In this document: positions 40,341 through 50,671 of the stretch, one piece after another
How positions within the stretch are numbered: position 1 is the first letter of the stretch
How the letters are laid out: the number at the start of each line of letters is the position of its first letter
Virus record (IMG/VR): IMGVR_UViG_3300021963_000067
Location: 1 to 64,000 of that record
Reading direction: 5' to 3' (one strand)
Origin: a virus
DNA length: 64,000 bases
Position numbers and translations under genes: made by a program
Notes under the pieces: model-generated
Database searches by the model: none
Told to the model about the DNA's origin: nothing
What the model saw: the letters and a program-made list of their open reading frames with translations, nothing else

Positions 40341-40945
40341 GTTATATGTTCCGGTGGAGTATCTCTACTAATTTGAATTGCAAGCCTGGGTCCTTTTACA
40401 TTTTCAACTGAATGTAAAATATTTGCATGTAGGCATCCCCACTTGCGTAGGGGCAATCTAACTCGATCAATTTCTTCTACACGATCATAACTATCAATGG
40501 TGGCGTGTGGGTCAAAATTTGATCTTAGATCTGGACGCACAATGTCTCGTCCTTTTTCTCTGTACCAAACAGTTTCGACATTATCACCACCTAAGTCTAA
40601 AAGGTATTGCACGGTAAAGTTTCTACTGGCATCAACGTGAGGAGCCAACGCAGGTCCAACATTATCAAATATGGATATTCCGCACCCCTTGGGTTCTTGT
40701 TGAAAGTATTCCCGTACCCAGTCTTCAAATTCTGTGCTGATCGCATATCTATGTGTGCCTGCGGTAGTAAATGTAGATCCATCTTTGGCTGTAATGGTTC
40801 TATATTGATAGTCGCTGTATCCAGGCAATTGTTTAAGGGCGTTAACTCTATTTTGTTCTGCACGATCCTCCAAGGCAGTATAGGCAGCATCTATAATCGA
40901 TTGCGGGGGATCAGGAAGGTCAAGATAACCGTAGGTAAACATCAC
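40307..40945 (-). CDS. Putative 2OG-Fe(II)/cupin oxygenase (paralog of 62690-63328)
   Basis: PHVD...LHSVEN...R. Confidence 0.6.
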   Translation of the reverse strand: MMFTYGYLDLPDPPQSIIDAAYTALEDRAEQNRVNALKQLPGYSDYQYRTITAKDGSTFTTAGTHRYAISTEFEDWVREYFQQEPKGCGISIFDNVGPALAPHVDASRNFTVQYLLDLGGDNVETVWYREKGRDIVRPDLRSNFDPHATIDSYDRVEEIDRVRLPLRKWGCLHANILHSVENVKGPRLAIQISRDTPPEHITWTYTSKINTF

Positions 40946-41895
40946 TGTTGCGCCTTATAGAATTTCTCAACAACAGGATTCCAGATTTTAATTTGACGAT
41001 CAACATAACGATCACCTTGCTCTGGAGTACCATCGTAGGCCTGTACTGCTCTTGTCTTAAATTGTTCCCGAACTTCTGGATCCTTAAGAGCATCTCTATA
41101 TACTTTGTTTAGATAGCTGATAATGTGTCTTGGTGTTCCCGCCGGAGCATAAACTCCGTGAAAGTTAGAAGCGATAAAATCTGGAACTATGTCTTTGAAC
41201 AATGGAGTTGTTGGATATTGTTCTAATCTTTGCTCAGTGCTAAATGCAATCGGTTTAACCTTGCCAGCTTGAACCATAGACAATGCATCGCTAGAACTTG
41301 ATCCGATAAAGGCAAGTTGTCCAGAACTTAGATCCATCAAGACTTGTGGAGTACTTTTATATGGAACCGCAGTGGCTTCAGTTTGTGCATGGGACAATAT
41401 CTTTGATATAAAAAGATTACACATATTATAAGCACACCCGTATGAAAATTTATTTGGATTTTTCTTAACGTCGGCAAGTAAATCGGATAACGTGTTGTAT
41501 TTGCTATCTGCCGCTACGTATATTCCTTGAGGAGTAATAACAGTCAATGACACTGTAGCAAAATTTTCTCTTGGAATCCATCCAGTTGGTTTCATCAATG
41601 GGTTCATAACCACAGGAGCATTATCTGTTCCTAACAGCGTTAATCCGTCCGGTTTAGCTTCTGCTACTTCTCTTGCTCCTATAGTGGCAAATGCACCCGG
41701 CTTGTTGCTAACCACAATGTTTAATCCTGTATTGGCTCTAACTCTAGCTGCCAACATTCTACTAAATGTATCTGCTCCGCCTCCCGCACCGTAGGGAACA
41801 ACCACTGTTATAGTTTGTCCTTTAAGTTCAGCAGGCATTTCTGCAAATGTAATACTACTAAAAAATAGCAAAAATAAAACAGTTAATTTTTTCAT
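40942..41895 (-). CDS. Bug/TctC tripartite tricarboxylate transporter substrate-binding protein
   Basis: Signal peptide; VVPYGAGGGAD, NKPGA, PDGLTL, VPYK, APAGTP. Confidence 0.9.
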   Translation of the reverse strand: MKKLTVLFLLFFSSITFAEMPAELKGQTITVVVPYGAGGGADTFSRMLAARVRANTGLNIVVSNKPGAFATIGAREVAEAKPDGLTLLGTDNAPVVMNPLMKPTGWIPRENFATVSLTVITPQGIYVAADSKYNTLSDLLADVKKNPNKFSYGCAYNMCNLFISKILSHAQTEATAVPYKSTPQVLMDLSSGQLAFIGSSSSDALSMVQAGKVKPIAFSTEQRLEQYPTTPLFKDIVPDFIASNFHGVYAPAGTPRHIISYLNKVYRDALKDPEVREQFKTRAVQAYDGTPEQGDRYVDRQIKIWNPVVEKFYKAQQ

Positions 41896-41902
41896 AATGA
41901 TC

Positions 41903-42493
41903 TCATTTAAATTTAAAAGGTAAATCCATAGTTCCGATTTGAATACTGGTTCTAGGACCAGTTACATCAGTTATAGCATGAATGATGCTGGTGTTAATAA
42001 CAAACCACTGGTTCATTGGCCACTTGACTGCATCAAATTCTACAAGTTCGTCCATGTTATTGAACACACGATGTTCTAACGGCCATTCTGTTGCATGACC
42101 TGGTAGCTTGTAAAATCTAGTCCTACTATCTTCACCGCCACGTTCAATCATGTACCAAATTGCCCAGCGTCGGCTGTTGTCAATATGCGCACCATGTAGG
42201 GGACTTTTTCCTTCGCTTCTGCGAACCGTAGCATTAACAAAATCTTCAACGATGTTGTCCTTGACCCATTGGTCAAAGTCTTCTCCGATTTCGTACCCCA
42301 CTTGATAACGGCTAGAATATTCTTCGCCTTCCAAAACTACAGTTCGATCTACATGTACTTGGGCACCACCAGGATAGTATCCTGTGGTAATATTTTTGTG
42401 TTTCTCTTTGCCTTCATTGGCAATTGTAATTGCTCGATCTATAAAGTGCTGAGGGGGATGTGGTAATCCCTCGATTGGCATCCAGGTAAACAT
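41903..42493 (-). CDS. Putative 2OG-Fe(II)/cupin oxygenase
   Basis: AHID...IHAI...R; start moved to MFTWMP (AAGGA RBS; avoids overlap with divergent gene). Confidence 0.6.
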   Translation of the reverse strand: MFTWMPIEGLPHPPQHFIDRAITIANEGKEKHKNITTGYYPGGAQVHVDRTVVLEGEEYSSRYQVGYEIGEDFDQWVKDNIVEDFVNATVRRSEGKSPLHGAHIDNSRRWAIWYMIERGGEDSRTRFYKLPGHATEWPLEHRVFNNMDELVEFDAVKWPMNQWFVINTSIIHAITDVTGPRTSIQIGTMDLPFKFK

Positions 42494-42556
42494 TGCTATT
42501 CCTTTTATTGGCCTGTTATTTATTAGGCTCTGCTGCTGGCGATAAATATTTTCCTT

Positions 42557-44203
42557 ATGCATATCCCCCCACAAATTATAATTCTTTCGGACCCTTATCA
42601 ATTGGATACAGTGAGGTACATGGGTCCATACGTTGTTAAAAATCATCTCAAGCAGGCCGGATTTGACGTTGTTGTAATTGATTACTTCACTCGTTTTGAA
42701 AATGATCAAGAGTTTTTTGATTATTTGGAAAATTTTGTTAGCGATAGACTACAGGCCATAATGGTTAGTACAACATTTACCTATTCAAGTCCTACTGACT
42801 TTGCATGGGCTCGATCCGAAATGAGCAAACATATAACTACTGAAACTGCTGAAACCAAACAAGGTTGGTGGGATTATGTAAAAGCCAGTTCCCTATATCT
42901 GTGGAAGGGTAATAACGAGGATATGAATTCTTGGTTTTCGGGTGTAAGGAATATTTTATCCAAAAAGAATTCTCAAGCTAAAATTGTCTTAGGAGGAGAA
43001 AGACTAAATTGGATTTATAAATTTGATCCAAGGGCTCTCCCAGATGACTATGCTCTAAAACAAGTAGATCTCTGCATCCTAGGCAGAGTTGATTTATTCA
43101 TAGGTGATCTTATGAAACGATTTACAACAGGATCCCTAGGACAATATGCTCTTAACATTCACAAAAAGAATGATATAGATTATTACATTCCGCCTCCGCA
43201 TTTACAGTATAGTCATCACAAGGATGATATTCCGGACAGCACATTTGGTATAGAAGATGCTGTGCTTCCAGGAGAATGGTTGCCATTTGAAAATGCTAGA
43301 GGTTGTGCATTTAATTGCAAGTATTGTAATTATGATAAAGGGCATAGTCAAAAAAAATCCATGGAACAAACTCGTGCAGAATTTATGCGTAATTATGAAT
43401 TGCATGGCACAACAGGCTACAGCTTTACCTGCGAATGTTTCAACGATGACTATCAATATGTCCGAGACTTTCATGCAATGGTTAAGACTTTGCCTTTTGT
43501 TTTAGAATGGAACGGTTATGCCCGATTTGATCTTAGCCACAAGTATGATGATCTTGCAGAACTTACTGTAGACAGTGGTGGCCGCAGTTTGATTATAGGC
43601 ATAGAAACTCTAAATTGGGAAGTAGGAAAGAAAATGGGTCGCGGCCTAAAGCCAGAGAGAGTATTAGAACTTGCTGACCAGTATAAACGTGCAGGAGAAA
43701 AATACGGAGGTATACATCTCAAGGGCTGTTTCATTATAGGCCTTCCAGGCGAGACTATTGAAAGTCAAACTGCCACAAACAAATTTATCAGTGAACAAAC
43801 GTATTTTAATGCTGTTCTAGGCAATGTATTAGAAGTCATGCCCTACGAAGATGACCTATCGGGCGTTTTTGATTTTGCTGGTATAAATGTCAATCCAAAA
43901 AAATATGGATTTGAAGAACTATCATTTGATCCTTATTACTGGAAACATCATACCATGGACGTCTATCAAGCTATAGACATGAATTATCAATTTAACGAAG
44001 CCAACAAGCTCAACCCGTATACATACAAGTACAACAACGGCAAACGAAATGTCAATCTATTCTTTTATTCTGCCATGCGAAGTCTAGGATACAACCATGC
44101 AGAATCAATGAATAAGTTTAACAACGTTCCCGAAGTCTACGATCAATGCCGTGATAAGATAAAACGTTATCACGATTTACTTTTAAAAATATGGTGTGAA
44201 TAA
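42557..44203 (+). CDS. B12-binding-domain radical SAM enzyme
   Basis: RGCAFNCKYC; N-terminal RYMGPYVVKNHLKQAGF; GIET, GLPGET. Confidence 0.85.
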   Translation: MHIPPQIIILSDPYQLDTVRYMGPYVVKNHLKQAGFDVVVIDYFTRFENDQEFFDYLENFVSDRLQAIMVSTTFTYSSPTDFAWARSEMSKHITTETAETKQGWWDYVKASSLYLWKGNNEDMNSWFSGVRNILSKKNSQAKIVLGGERLNWIYKFDPRALPDDYALKQVDLCILGRVDLFIGDLMKRFTTGSLGQYALNIHKKNDIDYYIPPPHLQYSHHKDDIPDSTFGIEDAVLPGEWLPFENARGCAFNCKYCNYDKGHSQKKSMEQTRAEFMRNYELHGTTGYSFTCECFNDDYQYVRDFHAMVKTLPFVLEWNGYARFDLSHKYDDLAELTVDSGGRSLIIGIETLNWEVGKKMGRGLKPERVLELADQYKRAGEKYGGIHLKGCFIIGLPGETIESQTATNKFISEQTYFNAVLGNVLEVMPYEDDLSGVFDFAGINVNPKKYGFEELSFDPYYWKHHTMDVYQAIDMNYQFNEANKLNPYTYKYNNGKRNVNLFFYSAMRSLGYNHAESMNKFNNVPEVYDQCRDKIKRYHDLLLKIWCE

Positions 44204-44760
44204 TGAAAGTGGCTATAACAGGACATACATACGGAATCGGCAAAGCACTCGAAACAAAGTTTTTTATCGAAGGGTGGCAAGTTGTTGGGTTTAGCAGATC
44301 CAATGGTTATGACATTTCTAAGCCCGAAGATAGAGCAAGAATTATAGAACAATCACAGGATTGTGATTTTTTCATTAACAATGCCTATTCAACATATGCA
44401 CAATGCGAATTATTGTTTGAGCTATGGCAAGCATGGCAAGGAAAACAAAAAAGAATCATCAACATGTCCAGCAGTATTGTGGGACGTTGGCAAAATGATT
44501 TTAGAGATATCAAATATCGAAATGCTAAAGTAGCTCTAGAAGACGCCTGTGATTTTTTATCCAACAAATCAGAGTGGCCAAATGTCATGGTAGTGCGCCC
44601 CTGTTTAACTGATACTCCTACATCTAAACCAAATACAAAACCCAATAAAGTTGACCCTAATGACTTTGCTGATTATTTTTACAACAGTATTGATAAAGAT
44701 TTACTATTCCGAGTGCAGTCTTTTGGGCTAGCTGTAAAAGGCCATAGAGGCTTTATCTAA
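44203..44760 (+). CDS. Short SDR-family oxidoreductase
   Basis: TGHTYGIG, INNA, YRNAK. Confidence 0.8.
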   Translation: MKVAITGHTYGIGKALETKFFIEGWQVVGFSRSNGYDISKPEDRARIIEQSQDCDFFINNAYSTYAQCELLFELWQAWQGKQKRIINMSSSIVGRWQNDFRDIKYRNAKVALEDACDFLSNKSEWPNVMVVRPCLTDTPTSKPNTKPNKVDPNDFADYFYNSIDKDLLFRVQSFGLAVKGHRGFI

Positions 44761-45467
44761 TGTTAGATGGTATCAAACAATACCTATATCTAGTAGTTGA
44801 TCGAGAAACAAATCTTGTATTGACTAGATGTCAAAATGCTTCTACGGCCAATGCGGTTAGTAGGGGATTTTTAAATTCGACTATAATGGTTATTAATCGA
44901 CCTGACTTTTTTAACAATGATAAAATGCAGAAGTATCGTGATAATAATCAAATAACATTTAAACTGACCACAAATGACTTTTCTGGTATTTCATCCCTAG
45001 AAGCTAATGTTGGCGAAAAAGTAGCCAACAGTAATTATAATTTTAATTTTATAGAACAGACTGTAGTAGAGCAATCGTGGACCGATAAACGAAAATTAGC
45101 TAATGCCCGTTCTAAGATTTTTTCTATAATTGAAGCTAAAATTGAACGATACTTAGCAAGATACACTTTGTTTGTGGGCGACAGTATTTTATATCAATAC
45201 CTAGCTCAGGAATTTAGCAAATGTGATGTTAAGAATAATTGTTATTCAGAATCTATCTTAGAATATTCAAATATAATGTCGATGTTGCCATCTGAAGCAT
45301 TTAATGATTTAAAAATGAAATATGATTCTTTTTGTTTAACTAGTGTCAGATACGCAGCTATATGGGAAAAAACTGTTATAGCAATTAATGCAATGAAAAC
45401 ATATTCGGATATAAATTATTTTTATGCAGATCTTGAGGCCGAATTAGCAGGGATGAATCGACAATGA
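44760..45467 (+). CDS. Hypothetical protein
   Basis: 235 aa, coupled to both neighbours. Confidence 0.65.
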   Translation: MLDGIKQYLYLVVDRETNLVLTRCQNASTANAVSRGFLNSTIMVINRPDFFNNDKMQKYRDNNQITFKLTTNDFSGISSLEANVGEKVANSNYNFNFIEQTVVEQSWTDKRKLANARSKIFSIIEAKIERYLARYTLFVGDSILYQYLAQEFSKCDVKNNCYSESILEYSNIMSMLPSEAFNDLKMKYDSFCLTSVRYAAIWEKTVIAINAMKTYSDINYFYADLEAELAGMNRQ

Positions 45468-46555
45468 ATTCTATCAAGGTTACAATCGATTATATTAAAT
45501 CTTTAAACTATTTTAACAACGGCGCTACTAGCGATGATATTAAAATATTTTCTGATATTAAGAATGTTGTATCATCGTCTTGGATTATTGACAGAACTGA
45601 CTGTGCTAAGACCCCATTCCGCAGTCATTTGATGCATGAATATAAAATAACTAATAACTCTTTTTTTAATAATAATTTAACATTAGATGATATCTGTATT
45701 GATACAGCTCGAACATTTAAAGATTTATCAAACAAAATATATATATTGTGGAGTGGTGGGTTAGATTCAACTGTTCTCATAATCAGTATGCTCAAAGCTG
45801 GGATTGAAAAAGAAAAGATAACGATAGCCTGTAATCCAGATGGATTAAAAGAGAATTATAATTTTTATCGAAAATTTATTTTACCCAATTTTGAAGTTAT
45901 CGCTTCAGAAAAACTAATGCAACAAGCCAGTATTACAGGAATTAAAGATGGAGTAATACTTAATGGTGATCCTGCTGATGCACTGTACGGAATAGACTTA
46001 TCGTTTAGTCTAGTTGAAAAGTATGGGATTGATTTTTTAAAGCAACCCTGTTCTAGAGAAGCGTTGACTAATTATTTTGTTTCTAAAAATATGGACATTC
46101 GATCAGCTAATTGTTGGTACGATTTCTTCATGCTGTCAACTGATCAGTCTCCAAGAGAAATTAAAACCATGGATGATTTCTCTTGGTGGATAACATTTAA
46201 TCATCGTTGGCAATCGGCCAATGAAAAACTTAAACTTAGAATTTTAGATGATTCCAATTACAAAACATTTTTTGGAAATGAACAATTTCAAAATTGGGCT
46301 TGTTATCGAAATAACAGTTCTATAGAAACTTTAAAAGATTTTAAATTAGAATTGAAAAAAATTATCTACGAGTACACCGGAGATCGAGATTATTTTGATA
46401 ACAAAATAAAATTACATTCAAATAGTCATGCATTTGGACTAAATTCATATTCTGCGATCTTAAGCAGTAATCAAAAATTAATGTCCTCAGAATTTAATAT
46501 ATACGACTTTTATAATAAAAATAATTTTATGACAGATTGGTTATCCATCAATTAG
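45464..46555 (+). CDS. PP-loop (asparagine-synthase-like) adenylating enzyme
   Basis: LWSGGLDST; NGDPADALYG. Confidence 0.7.
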   Translation: MNSIKVTIDYIKSLNYFNNGATSDDIKIFSDIKNVVSSSWIIDRTDCAKTPFRSHLMHEYKITNNSFFNNNLTLDDICIDTARTFKDLSNKIYILWSGGLDSTVLIISMLKAGIEKEKITIACNPDGLKENYNFYRKFILPNFEVIASEKLMQQASITGIKDGVILNGDPADALYGIDLSFSLVEKYGIDFLKQPCSREALTNYFVSKNMDIRSANCWYDFFMLSTDQSPREIKTMDDFSWWITFNHRWQSANEKLKLRILDDSNYKTFFGNEQFQNWACYRNNSSIETLKDFKLELKKIIYEYTGDRDYFDNKIKLHSNSHAFGLNSYSAILSSNQKLMSSEFNIYDFYNKNNFMTDWLSIN

Positions 46556-46866
46556 GTTTCAGTAAACTCGCTAGATTTACCTATTCCTTTTAACGTTAAA
46601 AATTCATCACGTTGCTTGAAAAAAGCTACGATAATCGGATTGCCGCACCACTCGTTAAAATCTTCTTGAGAGTTAAAAACTGTAATAGTAGTTCCTGTAA
46701 ATATATCGGGCGAATAATGACCATCAGTGGATAAAATTTTACCTTGTTGAATAAAAGTTTCTCGCAATTGTCTGACTTCGTCTGCAATAGGAAATCGCAT
46801 GTCCTGCTCTGGCGGAAATGGTTTATTTTCTGGATAGGTATAGGTCATTTTTACAATATATGGCAT
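46552..46866 (-). CDS. Hypothetical protein (paralog of 36302-36676)
   Basis: GAGGAG RBS; FIQQGK...F...DFNEW..NP...FLTLKG. Confidence 0.65.
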   Translation of the reverse strand: MPYIVKMTYTYPENKPFPPEQDMRFPIADEVRQLRETFIQQGKILSTDGHYSPDIFTGTTITVFNSQEDFNEWCGNPIIVAFFKQRDEFLTLKGIGKSSEFTET

Positions 46867-46891
46867 TTGTTGATCTCCTCAATATTAGTAT

Positions 46892-47761
46892 TTATCTTGG
46901 GAGAGACATCAAATTAACCAACTGATTGTATTCAACTAGAGTTTTCCCAGAATATATATTTTCTAGGTCTTTTACTGCCTGAACATTTTCATGTTTAAAT
47001 AAATCAGTTTCTTCAATATATTCCCACCCTGTATATTTTTCTCTATTGGGCATTGGGAATTTTCTTCCGTAGACAAATTTTCTACTGGTCATAGAACCCT
47101 TTTTTCCAATTATCCTATTATTTCCTAAATCTTGTATAGTCGGATCAAGCATAAATGCCAATAAAGTTTCTGAACTCCAAGACAAGAAACAACTGGTTCC
47201 CTGTATATATTGTTCTTTATATAAATTAGCCCATGAGCACCAACATTCTTTTTCAACAAAATACCAAGTGTCGTTAATTGGAGAAATATAGGGTTCGTCT
47301 TGTCCCAGCAATATTTCACCGTCTAAAGATAGTGCTGCCTTCATGGTAGTCAAATATTGATATATTCCCGTTCGTGCTTTACGGGCAATTTCTAAAATTT
47401 CACCACCCTCAATAAATTTTTTAATATCAATGTTTACGACTAAGGGTTTTAGATTTTTCTTGTTGCAGTATTTGTAAGCCCATTTTAAATCATGCGGATT
47501 ATAGTCGGGAATTAAATTAACAATTACCGGAGTAATGTCCATACCTTGCGATAAAAAAACCTCCATAACTAATTCACTGTCTATTCCACCACTGTACATG
47601 CAGTAGAGTTTTCCAGATTTTGTATCGTATATTTCTTTAGCGTTTAAGATTAATTCGTCGCAATAGCTGCCTACTGATCTAGATGTCGGGTCAATCGACA
47701 ATTGAAATGACTCGCCACTGCCCGAAGTTCTGTAAAAGTTATTTTTACGTTGTTCTATCAT
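46892..47761 (-). CDS. PP-loop family protein
   Basis: MYSGGIDSE. Confidence 0.65.
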   Translation of the reverse strand: MIEQRKNNFYRTSGSGESFQLSIDPTSRSVGSYCDELILNAKEIYDTKSGKLYCMYSGGIDSELVMEVFLSQGMDITPVIVNLIPDYNPHDLKWAYKYCNKKNLKPLVVNIDIKKFIEGGEILEIARKARTGIYQYLTTMKAALSLDGEILLGQDEPYISPINDTWYFVEKECWCSWANLYKEQYIQGTSCFLSWSSETLLAFMLDPTIQDLGNNRIIGKKGSMTSRKFVYGRKFPMPNREKYTGWEYIEETDLFKHENVQAVKDLENIYSGKTLVEYNQLVNLMSLPR

Positions 47762-48597
47762 ATGGTGTTTTCTTTAATCCATCGGCCAAAATGTACACAA
47801 TGCTCCTCGAGCCGGTCTACAGAATTCATCAATGGTCTAAATGCCCCTTTTTGTTTTTCAACTATTTCTACATCTTCTTTAAAAACATCTTCTAGTGTGA
47901 TAAATTCGTTTATTTTTTCCTGTGATACAGCTGGATCAAAATAAAACTGAGTAGTCCAATCAAATCCAAATTCGTTATCTGATTGTCTCGGCGCTACTGT
48001 ATTAATTCCCAAACACCCCGGACTCCATTCTATGAATGTCCACGGATAAACAATTAACCACCATCCATCTTTGTGTGTTTGTACTACCCAATCTTCACCT
48101 TGATTCATTTGTATATCACTTAGGTCTACCATAGTAGACAATCTAGGATGAACCCCACCGTGCCTAATATGCAATAGATCTGTTTGTATTTCCATCATCC
48201 ACAGCGCACTCCCTAAACTAGACCCTGTGCAGGTATGACTGTATTTGAGATTTTTTTCATTTGCAAGATCATCTACCCATTTGTGATCGGGCTCAACAAA
48301 ATTCTTAAAGACTAGTCCCGATACTCCCACTGTCGCAGTACCACATTTTAATTTTTTATTATTGTTAATCGGCACACCGGATTCGGTCCATTTAAATCCA
48401 TGAAACTTGCAAGTGATATTATTGGTATGTGTTCCTGGATCTGCTAGGGGATACATCCGGTGTGGGCAGAATCTATTCAACAGATTCACCGAATTCTCTG
48501 CCTTGTTTAAAATATATTCAGATACTACAAAGTTATTATTATCTAGTGCAGAAATGTGTGAAAGTACTTTAGGTGAATTTTTAAACATTGATGTCAT
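47758..48597 (-). CDS. Rieske non-heme iron oxygenase
   Basis: CPH-x16-CKFH; DLLH...H and ED mononuclear-iron motifs. Confidence 0.8.
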   Translation of the reverse strand: MTSMFKNSPKVLSHISALDNNNFVVSEYILNKAENSVNLLNRFCPHRMYPLADPGTHTNNITCKFHGFKWTESGVPINNNKKLKCGTATVGVSGLVFKNFVEPDHKWVDDLANEKNLKYSHTCTGSSLGSALWMMEIQTDLLHIRHGGVHPRLSTMVDLSDIQMNQGEDWVVQTHKDGWWLIVYPWTFIEWSPGCLGINTVAPRQSDNEFGFDWTTQFYFDPAVSQEKINEFITLEDVFKEDVEIVEKQKGAFRPLMNSVDRLEEHCVHFGRWIKENTI

Positions 48598-49397
48598 TGG
48601 TTATCGTTTTTAATTAATTTTATTAACCAGTAGGTAGGATCTATTTCCCACCACCTGCGCCCATAATTAGGATTACGGCCATCACCGTGATGATTGTTAT
48701 GCCATGCTTCGCCTAGGATAACGGGAAACAACCAGGGACAATTTACACTATCATCTTTAGTGTTATAATTTCTATAGCCTGCCCAAGGCATATGAGTGAT
48801 GCTGGTCTGTATTAGAAAACTATGTAGAGTAATAAATGCTGGTAATGCCAATAGATAGATCCATAGGTCTATGCTGATTAGTGCGACCAGTAAATTAGTA
48901 ATCCATAATATTTTTATGTAATGCTTGTGTGCAAATACCATGTCCGGGTCTTGTAATAGGTCTACTACAGATCGAATACTCATAGTGTCTTTCTTAAACA
49001 TCCACAGGATGTAGCTGTGCCAAAACCCATCTCGAGGACTGTGTGCATCTCCTTCCCGATCAGCATACCTATGATGATAACCTCTATGAATACCTATCCA
49101 GAATAAAGGACTACCTTGTCCTGCTAGTATTCCGAACCAAAGTAAAATCCTCTTGGTCAATGAGTTAACACTAAACCCCTTATGTGAGAACAATCTATGA
49201 TAGCCTGCAGACACACCCAGCATCTTAATGCACACATAACCTATAAGAGTTGCAATCCACCACCATGCAGGTGAAGAGCCGGCAATGATGCTGTATATTG
49301 CATACACTCCTATAAACTGCATAGGGATTATTGACCCCCATAGATTGGTAAAATGGAATGTATTTTTTACAAGTTGTTTTATTGGTGTTTTTTCCAT
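48594..49397 (-). CDS. Delta-9-type fatty acid desaturase
   Basis: HRLFSH, HRGYHH, GEAWHNNHH, WWEIDP. Confidence 0.9.
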   Translation of the reverse strand: MEKTPIKQLVKNTFHFTNLWGSIIPMQFIGVYAIYSIIAGSSPAWWWIATLIGYVCIKMLGVSAGYHRLFSHKGFSVNSLTKRILLWFGILAGQGSPLFWIGIHRGYHHRYADREGDAHSPRDGFWHSYILWMFKKDTMSIRSVVDLLQDPDMVFAHKHYIKILWITNLLVALISIDLWIYLLALPAFITLHSFLIQTSITHMPWAGYRNYNTKDDSVNCPWLFPVILGEAWHNNHHGDGRNPNYGRRWWEIDPTYWLIKLIKNDNQ

Positions 49398-49927
49398 TGG
49401 GATAAAATCGATTCTTTTCCGTTATATATTATTTTTTGCCAACAAGTATCATCGCACTCATTAGGACATGTTAGATACTTATAATTATCTGTTTTAAATT
49501 CTAGATTAAACCTATCAAGAAAATTGTTAATGCACCATTGTTCCCAATTATCTGTTTGTCTGCTGATAAAATACAATTGATAATCCGCATTATTTTTTAA
49601 CCAATCTATTTGACTCTGGGCACTGCTTCCAAAGCTATTGCTCATGACTCTAGGATAGGCAATTTTATTGCTGTGTTTCCATAGCCTGTTTAGTATTCTA
49701 TAAGCACCACTAGGCCAACACTCCCTACTAGAAATACTAGAACACATTTCTGGTTCGCCTAGATCATTAAAACAGATAGTTAAGGCAACAGCACTATTAA
49801 AGTTTTCTTTGCTGTAATTTTTCCAAAGACGATGACTACGATCTTGATATTGTTGCTCTCTAAGATTGTCAAACAATTGATCTAATGCAACATCAGTTCC
49901 GGGCACCCAGGTAGTGGTCTTCATCAT
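49379..49927 (-). CDS. Hypothetical protein
   Basis: 182 aa, first gene of desaturase-Rieske operon. Confidence 0.65.
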   Translation of the reverse strand: MMKTTTWVPGTDVALDQLFDNLREQQYQDRSHRLWKNYSKENFNSAVALTICFNDLGEPEMCSSISSRECWPSGAYRILNRLWKHSNKIAYPRVMSNSFGSSAQSQIDWLKNNADYQLYFISRQTDNWEQWCINNFLDRFNLEFKTDNYKYLTCPNECDDTCWQKIIYNGKESILSQWKKHQ

Positions 49928-49962
49928 ATATTTAACGGTAAAAATGTTTGAATAAATATTTC

Positions 49963-50670
49963 ATGAGAAGCCCGACCCAGATAGAATCAATCAAATTAAA
50001 GGTATCTGATCCCTATGCAATTGAGGATTTTTTATCTGTTGACGATGTTAACTATCTTGTTAAATTATTTGATTCTCAAGAAATTGAATCAAACAAAGTA
50101 TATAAAAATACAGGTCCTATAACCTTAGATATCAAACCCTATTTAAAAGATCCGGTAGTAGCTAACGTTATAGATAAACTGGTTAAAGAACTAGGACCGT
50201 TTGAAATAACGGCTGGATTTTTCTTTACAACAAATTATCCTCACATAATACACAATGACGACACATTTGAATTGCCAGACGGAGTGTATAAAGGCATAAC
50301 CATTCCCCTAAAAGCCTATGGGGCAGATCGAGTACCTAAGCTATGCTTCTTTGATCAATTTTACTTTCATGGTCCCGCCAAATTTTTTTACGGTGAGGAA
50401 GACATTCCCACGTACTATAATAAGCAGGTCTATGATTATCGAGATGTAGATGGCATAACTGATGCCATGCTCATAGATGAATCTACCAGAGTTTCGTATC
50501 TAACACATTTAAAGTCAGCCTGGCTCACAGGTCTAACATTATGGGGAACACTAGATTGGCGGCCTACTAGTGCTTTAATTTTTGACAGCACAAGATTACA
50601 TTGTGCCAGCGATTTTAGACAGCAAGGTATTACTCATAAATTGGGTATAAGTATTTTTACAAAAGTATAA
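49963..50670 (+). CDS. Putative 2OG-Fe(II) oxygenase-like protein
   Basis: IHND...FDSTRLHC; start moved to ATG 4 nt after TAAATA. Confidence 0.6.
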   Translation: MRSPTQIESIKLKVSDPYAIEDFLSVDDVNYLVKLFDSQEIESNKVYKNTGPITLDIKPYLKDPVVANVIDKLVKELGPFEITAGFFFTTNYPHIIHNDDTFELPDGVYKGITIPLKAYGADRVPKLCFFDQFYFHGPAKFFYGEEDIPTYYNKQVYDYRDVDGITDAMLIDESTRVSYLTHLKSAWLTGLTLWGTLDWRPTSALIFDSTRLHCASDFRQQGITHKLGISIFTKV

Positions 50671-50671
50671 T

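Noticed and set aside
41903-42709. 268-aa version of ORF 41903 and other extended starts (22098-23192, 24234-25112, 27392-28582)
   Set aside because: Extensions overlap neighbouring genes or lack an RBS; internal ATGs with RBS or coupling fit better
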